Shown here: piece by piece, positions 16,504 through 26,766 of the stretch
How positions within the stretch are numbered: position 1 is the first letter of the stretch
Layout: every line of letters begins with the position of its first letter
Assembly: GCA_937875545.1 (NCBI GenBank)
Contig: CALLYE010000122.1
Coordinates: forward strand, 1 to 59,137
Direction of reading: 5' to 3'
DNA from: an uncultured Clostridia bacterium
GTDB taxonomy: Bacteria > Bacillota > Clostridia > Oscillospirales > CAG-272
DNA: 59,137 nucleotides
The notes under the pieces: model-generated
Told to the model about the DNA's origin: nothing
Seen by the model: the letters and a program-made list of their open reading frames with translations, nothing else
Database searches by the model: none
Program-made: the position numbers and the translations under genes

Positions 16504-16540
16504 GGCAACTGTTTTTATAATAGTTGCCTTTCATTTATTT
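16504..16540 (+). terminator. Hairpin plus T-rich tail, candidate expression-platform terminator 2
   Basis: ggcaact-gtttttataat-agttgcc followed by tttcatttattt. The 5' arm is also complementary to aptamer segment cagttgcc (16425-16432). Confidence 0.5.
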
Positions 16541-16573
16541 ATAAAAATAAATTTATTAAACGGAGAATCGAAT

Positions 16574-16936
16574 ATGATAACATCTCCTTATATTAATTTG
16601 CTGCAAAAAACGATGGATGTAGCGTGGCTGCGTCAGCAGGTTATATCCAACAACATCGCGAATGTCAATACGCCAGGATATAAGCGCCGGGAAGTTAAGT
16701 TTGAAGAGCTTCTTGCCGAATCGCTTAAGCAAAGGGACGGCGTGATTGAAAAATTGCCGGATGCCGAAGTTGTCACTGTAAACGATACAACCATCAAGGA
16801 AGACGGCAATAACGTGGATATCGACAAAGAATACATCGAGCAGTATCGCACGCAAACGCAATACGAATATCTGTCCCGCTCGATAGCCGATGAGTTTTTA
16901 AAATTACGTCTTGTATTAACGGAAGGCAGGGGTTAA
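16574..16936 (+). CDS. flgB: Flagellar basal-body rod protein FlgB
   Basis: ATG 16574 after GGAG. N-terminal rod motif SNNIANVNTPGYKR. Confidence 0.9.
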   Translation: MITSPYINLLQKTMDVAWLRQQVISNNIANVNTPGYKRREVKFEELLAESLKQRDGVIEKLPDAEVVTVNDTTIKEDGNNVDIDKEYIEQYRTQTQYEYLSRSIADEFLKLRLVLTEGRG

Positions 16937-16940
16937 AACA

Positions 16941-17384
16941 ATGTCATTCTTATCCAGTCTTAACATTGGGGGATCGGCGCTGACAGCCCAGCGTTTCCGA
17001 ATAGATGTAATTTCTCAAAATATCGCAAATGCCGATGTCACTAAAACCGAAGCCGGCACGCCTTACGCGCGAAAAAGAGTGATAATGCGGGAACGGGGCG
17101 GCAACGCCGAGTTTTCGAAACTCCTTAAAGGCGGTAAGGGTTCCGATAAAGTCAGCCTGGGCGTGGAAATCGCCGCCGTGGAAGACGATAATGCGGATTT
17201 TAAGATCGTTTACGATCCGGAACATCCCGACGCGGACGCGGACGGCAACGTCCTATACCCGAATGTGGACAAGCTTAAAGAAATGATGGATCTGATGTCG
17301 GCTTCGCAGGCGTACAAAGCCAATGTAAACGCGATTAACGCTATAAAAACGATGGCGGCGGCAGCCCTGCAGATCGGGAAATAA
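16941..17384 (+). CDS. flgC: Flagellar basal-body rod protein FlgC
   Basis: SQNIANADVTKT near the N-terminus and C-terminal MDLMSASQAYKANV motif. Confidence 0.93.
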   Translation: MSFLSSLNIGGSALTAQRFRIDVISQNIANADVTKTEAGTPYARKRVIMRERGGNAEFSKLLKGGKGSDKVSLGVEIAAVEDDNADFKIVYDPEHPDADADGNVLYPNVDKLKEMMDLMSASQAYKANVNAINAIKTMAAAALQIGK

Positions 17385-17402
17385 CAAAAGGAGCGTTGTT
17401 CC

Positions 17403-17702
17403 ATGAATATTACACCCATATCAGAAATAAATTCGATTTCCGACATTTCCAAACAGACGACGAAACCCGCGGCGGGCAGCGGCAAAATATTCGGCAACAT
17501 GCTCACCGATATGATTAACAATTTAAACGAAACCGAAGCGGCGGTCAAAAAAGATATAATCGGCTTGGCGACAGGCGACAGCGACGCGCTGCATAACATC
17601 AGGATAAACGCCGAAAAGGCTGAGCTGGCGACACTTTTATTGATTCAAGTCCGGAATAAGGCGCTGGATGCTTATAATGAAATAATGCGGGTCACTTTAT
17701 AA
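17403..17702 (+). CDS. fliE: Flagellar hook-basal body complex protein FliE
   Basis: 99 aa with C-terminal ...LLIQVRNKALDAYNEIMRVTL, typical of FliE. Confidence 0.88.
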   Translation: MNITPISEINSISDISKQTTKPAAGSGKIFGNMLTDMINNLNETEAAVKKDIIGLATGDSDALHNIRINAEKAELATLLLIQVRNKALDAYNEIMRVTL

Positions 17703-17738
17703 CGATCAAATATATGGCGGGAGGCAAGAGGTTTTTTT

Positions 17739-19322
17739 GTGAATAATAACAGCGCTAAAATAAATTCTTTTAAAAATATTAAAGATCATATAAAAAACCT
17801 CGATAAAAAGAAGCGGAATATTTATATTATTCTGTTATGCGGCTGTATTTTGGTCGCAGTCGTGACGGTTCTGCTGTTGAACCATAAAGAATATGTGCTC
17901 CTGTATCAGAAGCTGGACGCGAAGGAATGCTATGAAATCGTGACCAAGCTGGATGAAATGGGCATGGGCTATAAGGTCGAAAACGGAACCGATATTTATG
18001 TGGAGAAAAAGGACGAGCCTAAACTCAAAATGCAGTTGGCGGCGGAGGGGCATCCCAAATCGGCATTAAACAATAATATTTTTACCGATAACATCGATTT
18101 CATGTCCACCGATTTTGAAAAAGTACAATATAAGCTGTTTCAACTGCAGGAATGGCTTCAGGCGTCTATCAAAACGCTGGACAATGTGAACGACGCGATT
18201 GTCACCCTCGCCATTCCCGATAACAGCCTTGTAGTTTTAAAAGAGGACAGAGTCCCGCCCACCGCTTCGGTTCTGTTGGTTCTGGAGAAGGACGTTACGT
18301 TAAGTAAAAAACAGGTCAAAGGCATAGAACAGTTGGTTTCAAAAGCAGTTCCGGGTCTGACCGAAAAAAACGTATCCATTGTCGATCAAACCGGCGCGGT
18401 TATCAACGGTCAAACGGAGGATACCGAGCTTGCGTCCGCAACCGGCAAAATTCAAGCGGAAAACGATGTGTCCGAGATTATATCAAGCCGTATATCCTCT
18501 CTCTTAGAGCCGATATACGGAAAAGGCAATATCAGCGTCGCGGTTAATGTAATTTTAGATTATAACAAAAAAATAACCGAAAAAACCGAATACACTCCAG
18601 CCTCCGGGAATGCCGGAGTTATCAACCATTATGAGAGCGAATATGAAGGCTCCGGCGGCGCCGGAGCCGCCGGCGGCGTTCCGGGCATGGATTCCAACGC
18701 CGAAATCCCCGGCTATGAAACACCCGCAGCCGGCGGTACGGACAATACCGCGAAAAACAGGGTTAGTGTTGACTATGTGGTGAGCCAGATCATCGAGAAG
18801 ATCCAAAAAGATGGCGCGGAGATCAAAGACACGACTGTGGCGGTGCTGATTAATAAAGCGGAGATGTCACAGGAAGAAGCGGATAAAATCACCGGTATTG
18901 TCGCCAACACCGCGGGTATCGATAAAGGGAAAGTCGAATTATTCCCGATTGAATTCGCTGCCTCGAATGTTAAAACAAATAATCCCGGCATTATACCGAA
19001 ACCGCCCGTCCCGGTCGACTATCTGTCGCTGCCATATTTGATTTTCTACGGCGCCGCGGCGCTTGTGCTGATAATCCTGATTATCATTATTATGATAATC
19101 GCGGGCAGAAAACGTAAAAAAGCGCTTGCTAATAAGATAAAGGTGGATAAGACAAAAGCCGAGCAGACCGAGCAGGAAGAACGCGAATCCATTTTGGAAA
19201 TCACAAGCGCCAACGAAACAAAGGAGCAGCAGCTAACCAGAGAACTTAAAGAATTTTCTATAAGCGCTCCCCAGATTACAGCTTCGCTGTTGAGAACATT
19301 ATTGAAGGGAGATTTTGATTAA
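17739..19322 (+). CDS. fliF: Flagellar M-ring protein FliF
   Basis: 527 aa, GTG start. N-terminal TM, YscJ/FliF-like periplasmic domains, second TM (LIFYGAAALVLIILIIIIMII). Confidence 0.9.
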   Translation: MNNNSAKINSFKNIKDHIKNLDKKKRNIYIILLCGCILVAVVTVLLLNHKEYVLLYQKLDAKECYEIVTKLDEMGMGYKVENGTDIYVEKKDEPKLKMQLAAEGHPKSALNNNIFTDNIDFMSTDFEKVQYKLFQLQEWLQASIKTLDNVNDAIVTLAIPDNSLVVLKEDRVPPTASVLLVLEKDVTLSKKQVKGIEQLVSKAVPGLTEKNVSIVDQTGAVINGQTEDTELASATGKIQAENDVSEIISSRISSLLEPIYGKGNISVAVNVILDYNKKITEKTEYTPASGNAGVINHYESEYEGSGGAGAAGGVPGMDSNAEIPGYETPAAGGTDNTAKNRVSVDYVVSQIIEKIQKDGAEIKDTTVAVLINKAEMSQEEADKITGIVANTAGIDKGKVELFPIEFAASNVKTNNPGIIPKPPVPVDYLSLPYLIFYGAAALVLIILIIIIMIIAGRKRKKALANKIKVDKTKAEQTEQEERESILEITSANETKEQQLTRELKEFSISAPQITASLLRTLLKGDFD

Positions 19323-19325
19323 GAT

Positions 19326-20354
19326 ATGAACAACCTTAAAGTGCAATCAGGTAAAAAAATTGCAAAAGGTCGTACAAAGGCGGCGATCGTCGCCATCTCC
19401 CTCGGCACGGAAACAACGGCGCAAGTTTTCAAATTCATGAAGGAAGATGAAATCGAGCAGCTTATCGTAGAAATCTCGAAAATCGGCAGCATAGACCCAG
19501 ATGTCAGCGAACAGGTGCTGGAAGAATTCTACAACATGTGCCTGGCGCAGAAATATATTACCGAGGGCGGGCTTGATTTTGCCAAGGAGGCCCTTGAAAA
19601 AGCGTTCGGCGCACAAAGCGCGGCGGGAATCCTCAGTAAAATTCAAAATTCTCTCAAGGTGCGCGCGTTCGATTTTATACAAGACATCGATCCGCAGTAT
19701 TTGCTGGAATACCTGCAAAACGAGCATCCGCAAACAATCGCTCTTGTTTTATCCTATGCGAGGGTTGACCAAGCCTCGCAGATTATAGGGATGCTCCCTA
19801 AAGAAACACAGATTGAAGTTATCGAAAGAATGGCTACGCTGGGACGCACATCTCCCGAAACCATAGCGGATGTGGAATCCTCTTTGGAAAAGAAACTCTC
19901 CTCTATTTCTTCGGATCGATTTGTGGAAGCGGGCGGCTTGAAAAAGGCTGCCGAAGTGCTTAATAATGTGGATCGCGGAACCGAAAAATACATCTCTGAA
20001 GAATTGGCTAAGCGCAATAAAGAACTGGCGGAGGAAATTCGCAAGCGGATGTTTGTGTTCGAGGATATTGTTCAGCTTGACGATTTGTCCGTACAACGTG
20101 TCCTCACAGAGGTGGACTCTCACGATCTGATGATTGCCCTGAAGGGCGCAAACAAAGAGGCTCAAGAGGTTATATACGCAAATATGTCCTCGCGGCTTAA
20201 GACTACTATACAAGAAGATATGCAGTATCTGCGCGGAGTGCGTATCAAGGATGTCGATGAAGCCCAGCAGCGTATTGTCGATATGATCAGAAGGCTTGAT
20301 GAAGCCGGTGTAATTACAATTCAAAGGGGCGGTATTGAAGATGTACTCATCTAA
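19326..20354 (+). CDS. fliG: Flagellar motor switch protein FliG
   Basis: 342 aa. KAAIVAISLG, EHPQTIALVLSY and the C-terminal torque-helix region are all FliG-like. Confidence 0.93.
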   Translation: MNNLKVQSGKKIAKGRTKAAIVAISLGTETTAQVFKFMKEDEIEQLIVEISKIGSIDPDVSEQVLEEFYNMCLAQKYITEGGLDFAKEALEKAFGAQSAAGILSKIQNSLKVRAFDFIQDIDPQYLLEYLQNEHPQTIALVLSYARVDQASQIIGMLPKETQIEVIERMATLGRTSPETIADVESSLEKKLSSISSDRFVEAGGLKKAAEVLNNVDRGTEKYISEELAKRNKELAEEIRKRMFVFEDIVQLDDLSVQRVLTEVDSHDLMIALKGANKEAQEVIYANMSSRLKTTIQEDMQYLRGVRIKDVDEAQQRIVDMIRRLDEAGVITIQRGGIEDVLI

Positions 20355-21105
20355 TTTGTTAAAATGCAATTCTGTTCGGACTGATCTATACTACCAGCTC
20401 CCCTATTTGGAAAAAGCGGAAACAGCACCGGATCAGGTAACATCGGCGGCGACGGAGCAGATATCGGACGGCGGTCGGCAGACGAACACGGTTTTATTAA
20501 CGGAGCAAGCTTCACAGAAGCTGCTGACCGAAGCTAAAAAACAAGCTGACGAAATCATTAGGCAGGCGGAGATCAAAGCGCAGAAGCTTTATGACAAAAG
20601 TCATCAGGAGGCGCAGCGCAAAGGATATATTGAGGGATACGAAGAAGGTTTAAAGCGGGGTACTCTCGAAGCCGAACAATCGATGGCAAGCTCCATGGAG
20701 GAGGTATCGCGTATCTCGCTGAACATGGAAGAAGAAAGAAAAATGATGCTGGACGGTCAAAAGGAGCTCATTATCGAACTTGCAGGTCAAATGGCGCAAA
20801 AGGTAATCAGCGATGACTTTATGACCGAAAAGGGCGCGTTTTTACACCTGTTTAAGCGCATGGTAAATGATATTCCACCTGCTGATAAACTGACTGTAAC
20901 CGTGTCCGGCAAAGATTATTCGCTCAAGTCGTTTGATGCCGAAAGGCTGCGCGGACTGGCGGTAAATTTCGAGCATGTTGAGATCCGCTGCGACAATACG
21001 GCGGAACCGGGAACATTTAAACTGGAAACAACCGTCATGATGATGGATGCCAGCGTTAAATCACAGCTCGCGATAATGAAAGAAGAATTAAGCAGCGTTG
21101 TATAA
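20341..21105 (+). CDS. fliH: Flagellar assembly protein FliH
   Basis: Charged coiled-coil (AKKQADEIIRQAEIKAQKLYDKSHQEAQRKGYIEGYEEG). Sits between fliG and fliI. The start is uncertain (20335 or 20341). Confidence 0.8.
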   Translation: MYSSNLLKCNSVRTDLYYQLPYLEKAETAPDQVTSAATEQISDGGRQTNTVLLTEQASQKLLTEAKKQADEIIRQAEIKAQKLYDKSHQEAQRKGYIEGYEEGLKRGTLEAEQSMASSMEEVSRISLNMEEERKMMLDGQKELIIELAGQMAQKVISDDFMTEKGAFLHLFKRMVNDIPPADKLTVTVSGKDYSLKSFDAERLRGLAVNFEHVEIRCDNTAEPGTFKLETTVMMMDASVKSQLAIMKEELSSVV

Positions 21106-21125
21106 TAAATATATTTGGTGGTTCA

Positions 21126-22427
21126 ATGGATTTTAATAAAGCCAGGGAACAAATCAGCCGCTGCAATACTATAATACGCAGGGGCAAGGTGGATAAAGTG
21201 GTCGGCATGACCATTGAAGCGGTGGGAATCGCGCCGAGCATCGGCGAAATTTGCATCATCCACACCACGAATGAGCATTCCATATTAGCCGAGACGGTGG
21301 GATTCCGGGAAGATAAGGTTATCATCATTCCTTATGACGATATAAAAGGCATCCAGCCCGGCAGCTATGTAGAAGCCACAGGCGAGGCGCTGCAAATTCA
21401 AGTGGGCGAATGCCTGACGGGGCGGATTCTTGACGGACTCGGACGTCCTATTGACGGGCTGGGCGAACCGGAGAATGTAGTTAAACAATCCGTCCAGCGC
21501 ATACCGGCTAACCCGCTGACCCGTCCCCGCATAGACAGACAGATACATATGGGCGTAAAAGCCATCGACGCACTCCTTACTATCGGCATCGGTCAGCGTG
21601 TCGGAATATTTTCCGGCAGCGGCGTGGGAAAAAGCACGCTGCTGGGAATGATCGCAAAAAACGTGGAGGCTGATGTCAACGTCATTGCGCTGATCGGAGA
21701 ACGCGGGCGCGAGGTTAAGGAGTTTATCGAGCGCGATCTGGGCGAAGAAGGGATGAAGCGTTCCGTTTTAGTGGTGGCAACCTCTGATCAGCCCGCCATG
21801 GTGCGACTGGAATGCGCGTTTGTGGCTACCGCCATTGCCGAATATTTTAAAGATAACGGCAAAAAGGTATTACTTTTAATGGATTCGCTCACACGCTTCG
21901 CCATGGCGCAGCGCGAAATCGGGCTTGCCACCGGAGAACCGCCCGTTGCGCGCGGATACACGCCTTCTGTTTATTCGCTCCTGCCAAAACTGCTGGAACG
22001 GTCGGGCAAATTTGAAAACGGCTCGATCACAGCCCTGTATACGGTTCTGGTAGAGGGCGACGACACCAATGAACCGATATCTGACACGGTTCGCGGAATT
22101 TTAGACGGACACATTGTGCTTTCACGAACAGTCGCCATGCGAAACCATTATCCCGCTATTGATATACTTGCGAGCATCAGCCGCGTGATGGACGAAATCG
22201 TAAGCGAAGATCACCTGCAGCTTGCAAAACGCATGAGAAAATTACTTTCTGTATATTATCAGAATTTCGATCTTATCAGCATCGGAGCGTATAAAAAAGG
22301 CACAAACCCCGAGCTGGACAACGCCATAGACGGGATCGAAGCGGTCAACAGCTTCCTGACACAGGGAAAGAACGAAGCGTTTTCGTATGATCAGACAATC
22401 GAAATGATGCAGGCGGCGCTCAGATAA
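21126..22427 (+). CDS. fliI: Flagellum-specific export ATPase FliI
   Basis: Walker A GSGVGKST, Walker B LLLMDSLTR, F1-beta-like fold. Confidence 0.95.
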   Translation: MDFNKAREQISRCNTIIRRGKVDKVVGMTIEAVGIAPSIGEICIIHTTNEHSILAETVGFREDKVIIIPYDDIKGIQPGSYVEATGEALQIQVGECLTGRILDGLGRPIDGLGEPENVVKQSVQRIPANPLTRPRIDRQIHMGVKAIDALLTIGIGQRVGIFSGSGVGKSTLLGMIAKNVEADVNVIALIGERGREVKEFIERDLGEEGMKRSVLVVATSDQPAMVRLECAFVATAIAEYFKDNGKKVLLLMDSLTRFAMAQREIGLATGEPPVARGYTPSVYSLLPKLLERSGKFENGSITALYTVLVEGDDTNEPISDTVRGILDGHIVLSRTVAMRNHYPAIDILASISRVMDEIVSEDHLQLAKRMRKLLSVYYQNFDLISIGAYKKGTNPELDNAIDGIEAVNSFLTQGKNEAFSYDQTIEMMQAALR

Positions 22428-22443
22428 AACATAAATAAATATC

Positions 22444-22887
22444 ATGAAAAAATTTAAATTTTCGCTTCAAAGCGTCCTTCGTTTGAAAATAAATATTGAA
22501 GATAACGAAAAGACGCAGCTTTATATCCTAAAATCGCAGCTTAACACACTTTTAGAAGAAAAGCGGGTGCTGGACGAGCTTTATGCTGCCGGCGTCGAAG
22601 AACAGCGTGAGATATGCCGGCGGGGTACCTCCCCCGCGCGTTTGATTGAAATGTCGCATTATCTGCAGGATATGGAAATGCAGCAAAAACAAAAGCAGGA
22701 TGAAATCGACGCTATGCAGCTCCGCGCGGATGAGCAGCTTGAGGCAGTCATGCAAGCGAGCACGGAAGTAAAGACGCTGGAAAAACTCAAAGAAAAACAA
22801 TGGACTGTATATACCGAAAAAGCAAATAAAGAACAAGATATTATAATTGAAGATTTTGTCGCGGGACAAATGGCGTTAAACAGTTAA
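22444..22887 (+). CDS. fliJ: Flagellar export protein FliJ
   Basis: 147-aa coiled-coil protein. Start FKFSLQSVLRLK is typical of FliJ. Confidence 0.85.
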   Translation: MKKFKFSLQSVLRLKINIEDNEKTQLYILKSQLNTLLEEKRVLDELYAAGVEEQREICRRGTSPARLIEMSHYLQDMEMQQKQKQDEIDAMQLRADEQLEAVMQASTEVKTLEKLKEKQWTVYTEKANKEQDIIIEDFVAGQMALNS

Positions 22888-22906
22888 TTATTACAGAAAG
22901 GCGGGT

Positions 22907-24475
22907 GTGAAAATGCTTAAAGTGTTGGCTATACCGGCGAGTACACCACAGCCGGAGCCAAATCGCGGTGCTGCGGCGGAAACAAAACTTTCTTTTGAAA
23001 AAGTATTGGACGGGGAAACGGCACAATCTCGCGAGTCAGATCGCAACGGTGAACGGGTTCGCGGCAAAGACCGGAGCTTTCACGGCAATAAGCCGGCGAA
23101 AAAGCCGGATGTACGGAAAAAAAGCATAGAAGAAGCGGCTCCGTGCGACGATATGTCCGCCGAAGAAACCGCCGAGTCATCAGTCGGATTAAATGTGCTG
23201 TTTATGTCGATATTTCTGTCCGAGGTACAAATTAATACAGATCCTGCTCCGGTTCAGACTTCAGAGGATGACGGAGCATCGGAAATTGCTTCAAGCGGCG
23301 GTAATCCGGCTGATAATCAGCCGGCGGCATGGTTTACATTTGGAACGCCACCGCCACTATTCGGCATGAGCGTCCCAGCGGAAAAAGCAATCCCTGCGAA
23401 CGGAACAGGGGGACAGGCTTTTTTCAAAGCGGATGCCGCCGCGACGGAAAATACGGCGGCGCAGGTTAATTCAAAGCCGCCCGCTGTTGAAGCGCCGCGT
23501 GAAACGCTGCAGCAAGACATATCGGAAACAATACGGCAAGATATACCGGAAACACAGAAAGATATACCGGAAACGGTACGCGAAGCGGCGTTTATCAACC
23601 AGACGCTGTCCAGCCCGGACGAAAAAACGCAGGATCCTGCCCGTCCCGATAATAAAATCGGGGAACTTTCCGTCAGCCGGGACCGGAATCCGCATCAATT
23701 TTCGTTTACCGTACACAGCGTTGTAAATAAAAACGCGGGCGGCTCCGCCGGACAGACAGCAAACGCCGGTTATAATGCAGGGGAAACCGAAACTTTTTCG
23801 GGAGAACAGACACCGGAAACCGAAACTCCCCGTTTCACTGCAGCCTTAAATACCGCGGACACAGCTGACCGGGACACTGCACTCCGTGACATGCCGCGCT
23901 TCATAGTTCGGGAGAACGGTGCTGAGTTTTCCAATATTCAAACTAAAACGAACATGCCGATCATGACAATGGGCATGAATCCGCCGGGAGTATATTCGGG
24001 AAAAGAAAGCGAGCTTACGACAACCGTTTTCGGCGGGCAGACGGTGGGGCGGATCGCCGACAATATCGCGGTCATGAAAAAAGCCAATACACCGCGTTTC
24101 ACAATGCAGTTATTTCCGGAAAGTCTGGGTAAGGTCACTGTCGATATAGTGTCCGGCGCGCGCGGATTAGAGCTGAAAATCCATGCCGGTAATAACGAAG
24201 TTTCCACCGCTTTAAACAGTCGTCTTGATCAGCTTCGGGAAGCGCTGGCTGCCCGGCAGGTAGAGGTCATCAGCATTGATGTCGGAACAAGCGTTCCCGC
24301 CGATACCGCTTATAACGGTTTTAACTTTTCCGGCGGCGGACAATCCGCCGATTCTAAAGACGCACAGCGATTCCGCCGTTCGCCTCCGCCGCGATACAAC
24401 GCCGCGAATGACGATGATAATAATTCCGAAACTCTATTATTCAGGCAGAACCAACTGCTTGATTATATTGTATAA
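22907..24475 (+). CDS. fliK: Flagellar hook-length control protein FliK
   Basis: 522 aa. Low-complexity N-terminal and central region, C-terminal Flg_hook-like domain (MQLFPESLGKVTVDIV...LELKIHAGNNEVSTAL). Confidence 0.8.
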   Translation: MKMLKVLAIPASTPQPEPNRGAAAETKLSFEKVLDGETAQSRESDRNGERVRGKDRSFHGNKPAKKPDVRKKSIEEAAPCDDMSAEETAESSVGLNVLFMSIFLSEVQINTDPAPVQTSEDDGASEIASSGGNPADNQPAAWFTFGTPPPLFGMSVPAEKAIPANGTGGQAFFKADAAATENTAAQVNSKPPAVEAPRETLQQDISETIRQDIPETQKDIPETVREAAFINQTLSSPDEKTQDPARPDNKIGELSVSRDRNPHQFSFTVHSVVNKNAGGSAGQTANAGYNAGETETFSGEQTPETETPRFTAALNTADTADRDTALRDMPRFIVRENGAEFSNIQTKTNMPIMTMGMNPPGVYSGKESELTTTVFGGQTVGRIADNIAVMKKANTPRFTMQLFPESLGKVTVDIVSGARGLELKIHAGNNEVSTALNSRLDQLREALAARQVEVISIDVGTSVPADTAYNGFNFSGGGQSADSKDAQRFRRSPPPRYNAANDDDNNSETLLFRQNQLLDYIV

Positions 24476-24494
24476 AAAAAGTGGGTGATTTTAT

Positions 24495-24908
24495 ATGCCT
24501 GTCTCTCCTGTTTTAAATAATAGACCCGTCGTTCAGACGGACACAAGCGAAATTAAAAGAAGCGCTAAAAAAAATGATAACTTGTCAATACAGGATTTCT
24601 TCGCGCTGCTCGCCGCGCAGCTTCAGAACCAAGATATGATGAACCCTGTCAGCGACACGGAATTTATGGGTCAAATGGCGCAGTTTTCCGCTTTGAACGC
24701 CATGCAGGAACTGAACAGCAAATTTTCCAACTTTATGGCGGTTTCTTATATCGGCAAGCAGGTGACCGCTTCCTTTACGGACGACAACGGTAAAAAACAA
24801 GATATCCAGGGTGTTGCTACAAAAGTTGAATTCAAAGACGGAGAAACCTTTATCCATGTAGACGGGCAAAAAATATCCGCGTCGAATATAACCGAAGTAA
24901 CTAATTAA
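24495..24908 (+). CDS. flgD: Flagellar hook capping/assembly protein FlgD
   Basis: FFALLAAQLQNQDMMNPVSDTEFMGQMAQFSALN motif. Confidence 0.9.
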   Translation: MPVSPVLNNRPVVQTDTSEIKRSAKKNDNLSIQDFFALLAAQLQNQDMMNPVSDTEFMGQMAQFSALNAMQELNSKFSNFMAVSYIGKQVTASFTDDNGKKQDIQGVATKVEFKDGETFIHVDGQKISASNITEVTN

Positions 24909-24938
24909 GCTTTGATAATAAAGCAGGAGGAATAATCC

Positions 24939-26420
24939 ATGTTAAGATCGCTTTACTCCGGTGTGTCAGGATTACGGACACATCAGACCAAAATGGACGT
25001 CATCGGCAATAATATCGCCAACGTCAACACCACCGCTTTCAAGGCAAGCCGCGTAACTTTTAAGGACATATATTACCAGACCATTTCCAACGCCAGCGCC
25101 AATACCGCCTCGAAAGGCGGTGTTAACCCGAAGCAGATCGGTAATGGCGTCACCGTTTCCTCTATCGACGTTATCAACACCCGCGGCAACTATCAAAACA
25201 CCGACCGTACGCTCGATCTGTATCTCGCCGGAGACGGTTATTTTATGATGCAGGACGGCACCGGCATGACAAGCTATACGCGTGTCGGCAACTTCCGTTT
25301 CGATTTACAGGGAGGTTTGGTAGACGCGAACGGCAACTATGTGTCCGGATGGCAGCCTTATAATACGGGAGACGGTGTCAAGGCGGCTCCCATCATTATT
25401 GAAGATATCGGAAATTACACCAAAATAGCTATCGGCGGCGACGGGCTTATTACGGGTGTTTATTCAGGTCAGCCGCCCGAGCAAATGCCCGGCACTATTG
25501 AAACGGTAGGCAATTTTAAAGACCTTGCGCAGCTTAAAGGCGTCTCGGGAGGCATAACCTACGAAAACGGCATTATAAAGAGCAAGGACGCGAGCGGAAA
25601 TATCAACGAACTTTATAAAGATGTCAAGGTGAATCCGGACGGAAGTGTCACAGGTACGAAGATCGGCACTCCCGATACCCCCAACACTGTTATCGGCAAC
25701 CTGATAACAGATTTGAAAGTCAATCCCAACGATTTTCAGTTTGATTCGTATGGATTTAAACCAGACGGAAGCATCGGCGCGCTGTTCAAAGGGCATTTTA
25801 CAAACGGAACAGAGTCGCTGGTATCACTTAACGGTCGGTTCTTCGGTGCAAGCGGGTCATATAAAGATGCGTCTTTTAAAGACGGCAAGCTGACGATTAA
25901 AGACGGTTCCGGCGGCGCGGATGTCGTATACGAAAATGTCAAGGTCGACTCGAACGGTAAATTGACAGGCGATATTCCGAGCGGCGCCAAGGGTCAGACC
26001 ATAAGCGATATAGATATCAGCAAAAACCTCGCCGATATCTCCCAATATACAGATATAAAATTGGACGCGAACGGAAATGTCGTGGGTAAATATACAGGCG
26101 AACAATATCCCGAGCATGTTACCGATGAAATTGAAGTACTGGGTCAGATCGCGGTCGCAAAATTTACCAACCCCGACGGTCTTTCACAGCAGGACGGCGT
26201 TTACTTCCAAGAAACAAAAAACTCCGGCAAAGCGTTCGTCACTTATCCGGGCGACAACGGTACGGCAACGATCGTATCCGGCGGACTGGAAATGTCCAAC
26301 GTCGATTTGTCAAAGGAATTCACCGATATGATTACCACACAGAGGGGATTCCAGGCAAACTCGAGAGTCATTACCACCTCCGACGAAATACTTCAGGAAC
26401 TGGTTAATTTGAAACGATAA
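24939..26420 (+). CDS. flgE: Flagellar hook protein FlgE
   Basis: MLRSLYSGVSGLRTHQTKMDVIGNNIANVNT N-terminus and GGLEMSNVDLSKEFTDMITTQRGFQANS C-terminus. Confidence 0.95.
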   Translation: MLRSLYSGVSGLRTHQTKMDVIGNNIANVNTTAFKASRVTFKDIYYQTISNASANTASKGGVNPKQIGNGVTVSSIDVINTRGNYQNTDRTLDLYLAGDGYFMMQDGTGMTSYTRVGNFRFDLQGGLVDANGNYVSGWQPYNTGDGVKAAPIIIEDIGNYTKIAIGGDGLITGVYSGQPPEQMPGTIETVGNFKDLAQLKGVSGGITYENGIIKSKDASGNINELYKDVKVNPDGSVTGTKIGTPDTPNTVIGNLITDLKVNPNDFQFDSYGFKPDGSIGALFKGHFTNGTESLVSLNGRFFGASGSYKDASFKDGKLTIKDGSGGADVVYENVKVDSNGKLTGDIPSGAKGQTISDIDISKNLADISQYTDIKLDANGNVVGKYTGEQYPEHVTDEIEVLGQIAVAKFTNPDGLSQQDGVYFQETKNSGKAFVTYPGDNGTATIVSGGLEMSNVDLSKEFTDMITTQRGFQANSRVITTSDEILQELVNLKR

Positions 26421-26450
26421 ACAATAGAACGGGGGAGGGGAGGATAAAAC

Positions 26451-26675
26451 ATGATTAAATTAACAAAACTCAACCACGAAGTGCTGTATCTCAACCCATT
26501 GATTATAGAGAGCATCGAGATAACGCCCGATACTGTTATTGTCCTGACCAATGGCAAAACACTTGTGGTAAGCGACAGTATTGAAACGATTGTGGAAGAG
26601 ATCGTAGCGTTCTACGGAAGATTCCGCCTCTTCCCCTTGGATTATTACCAGGAAAGAGCGGATACGGGAAAGTGA
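26451..26675 (+). CDS. flbD: Flagellar protein FlbD
   Basis: 74 aa. MIKLTKLNHEVLYLNPLIIESIE is typical of FlbD. Confidence 0.88.
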   Translation: MIKLTKLNHEVLYLNPLIIESIEITPDTVIVLTNGKTLVVSDSIETIVEEIVAFYGRFRLFPLDYYQERADTGK

Positions 26676-26766
26676 TAAACGGTAAATTTGCAAAGAAAAG
26701 AACTGCCGCGAAACGGAGATATACTGACAAATATCTCGTTTTGTGCCGGTAACAGAGCGGGGTTAT

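Noticed and set aside
26031-26038. A perfect GCCGATAT inside flgE, and GCCGATAA at 28339-28346 inside motB, as internal sigma-28 promoters.
   Set aside because: No TAAA or TTAA lies 15-16 nt upstream (AGAT/TAGA and TGGA instead), unlike the three intergenic promoters. These are probably chance occurrences within coding sequence.
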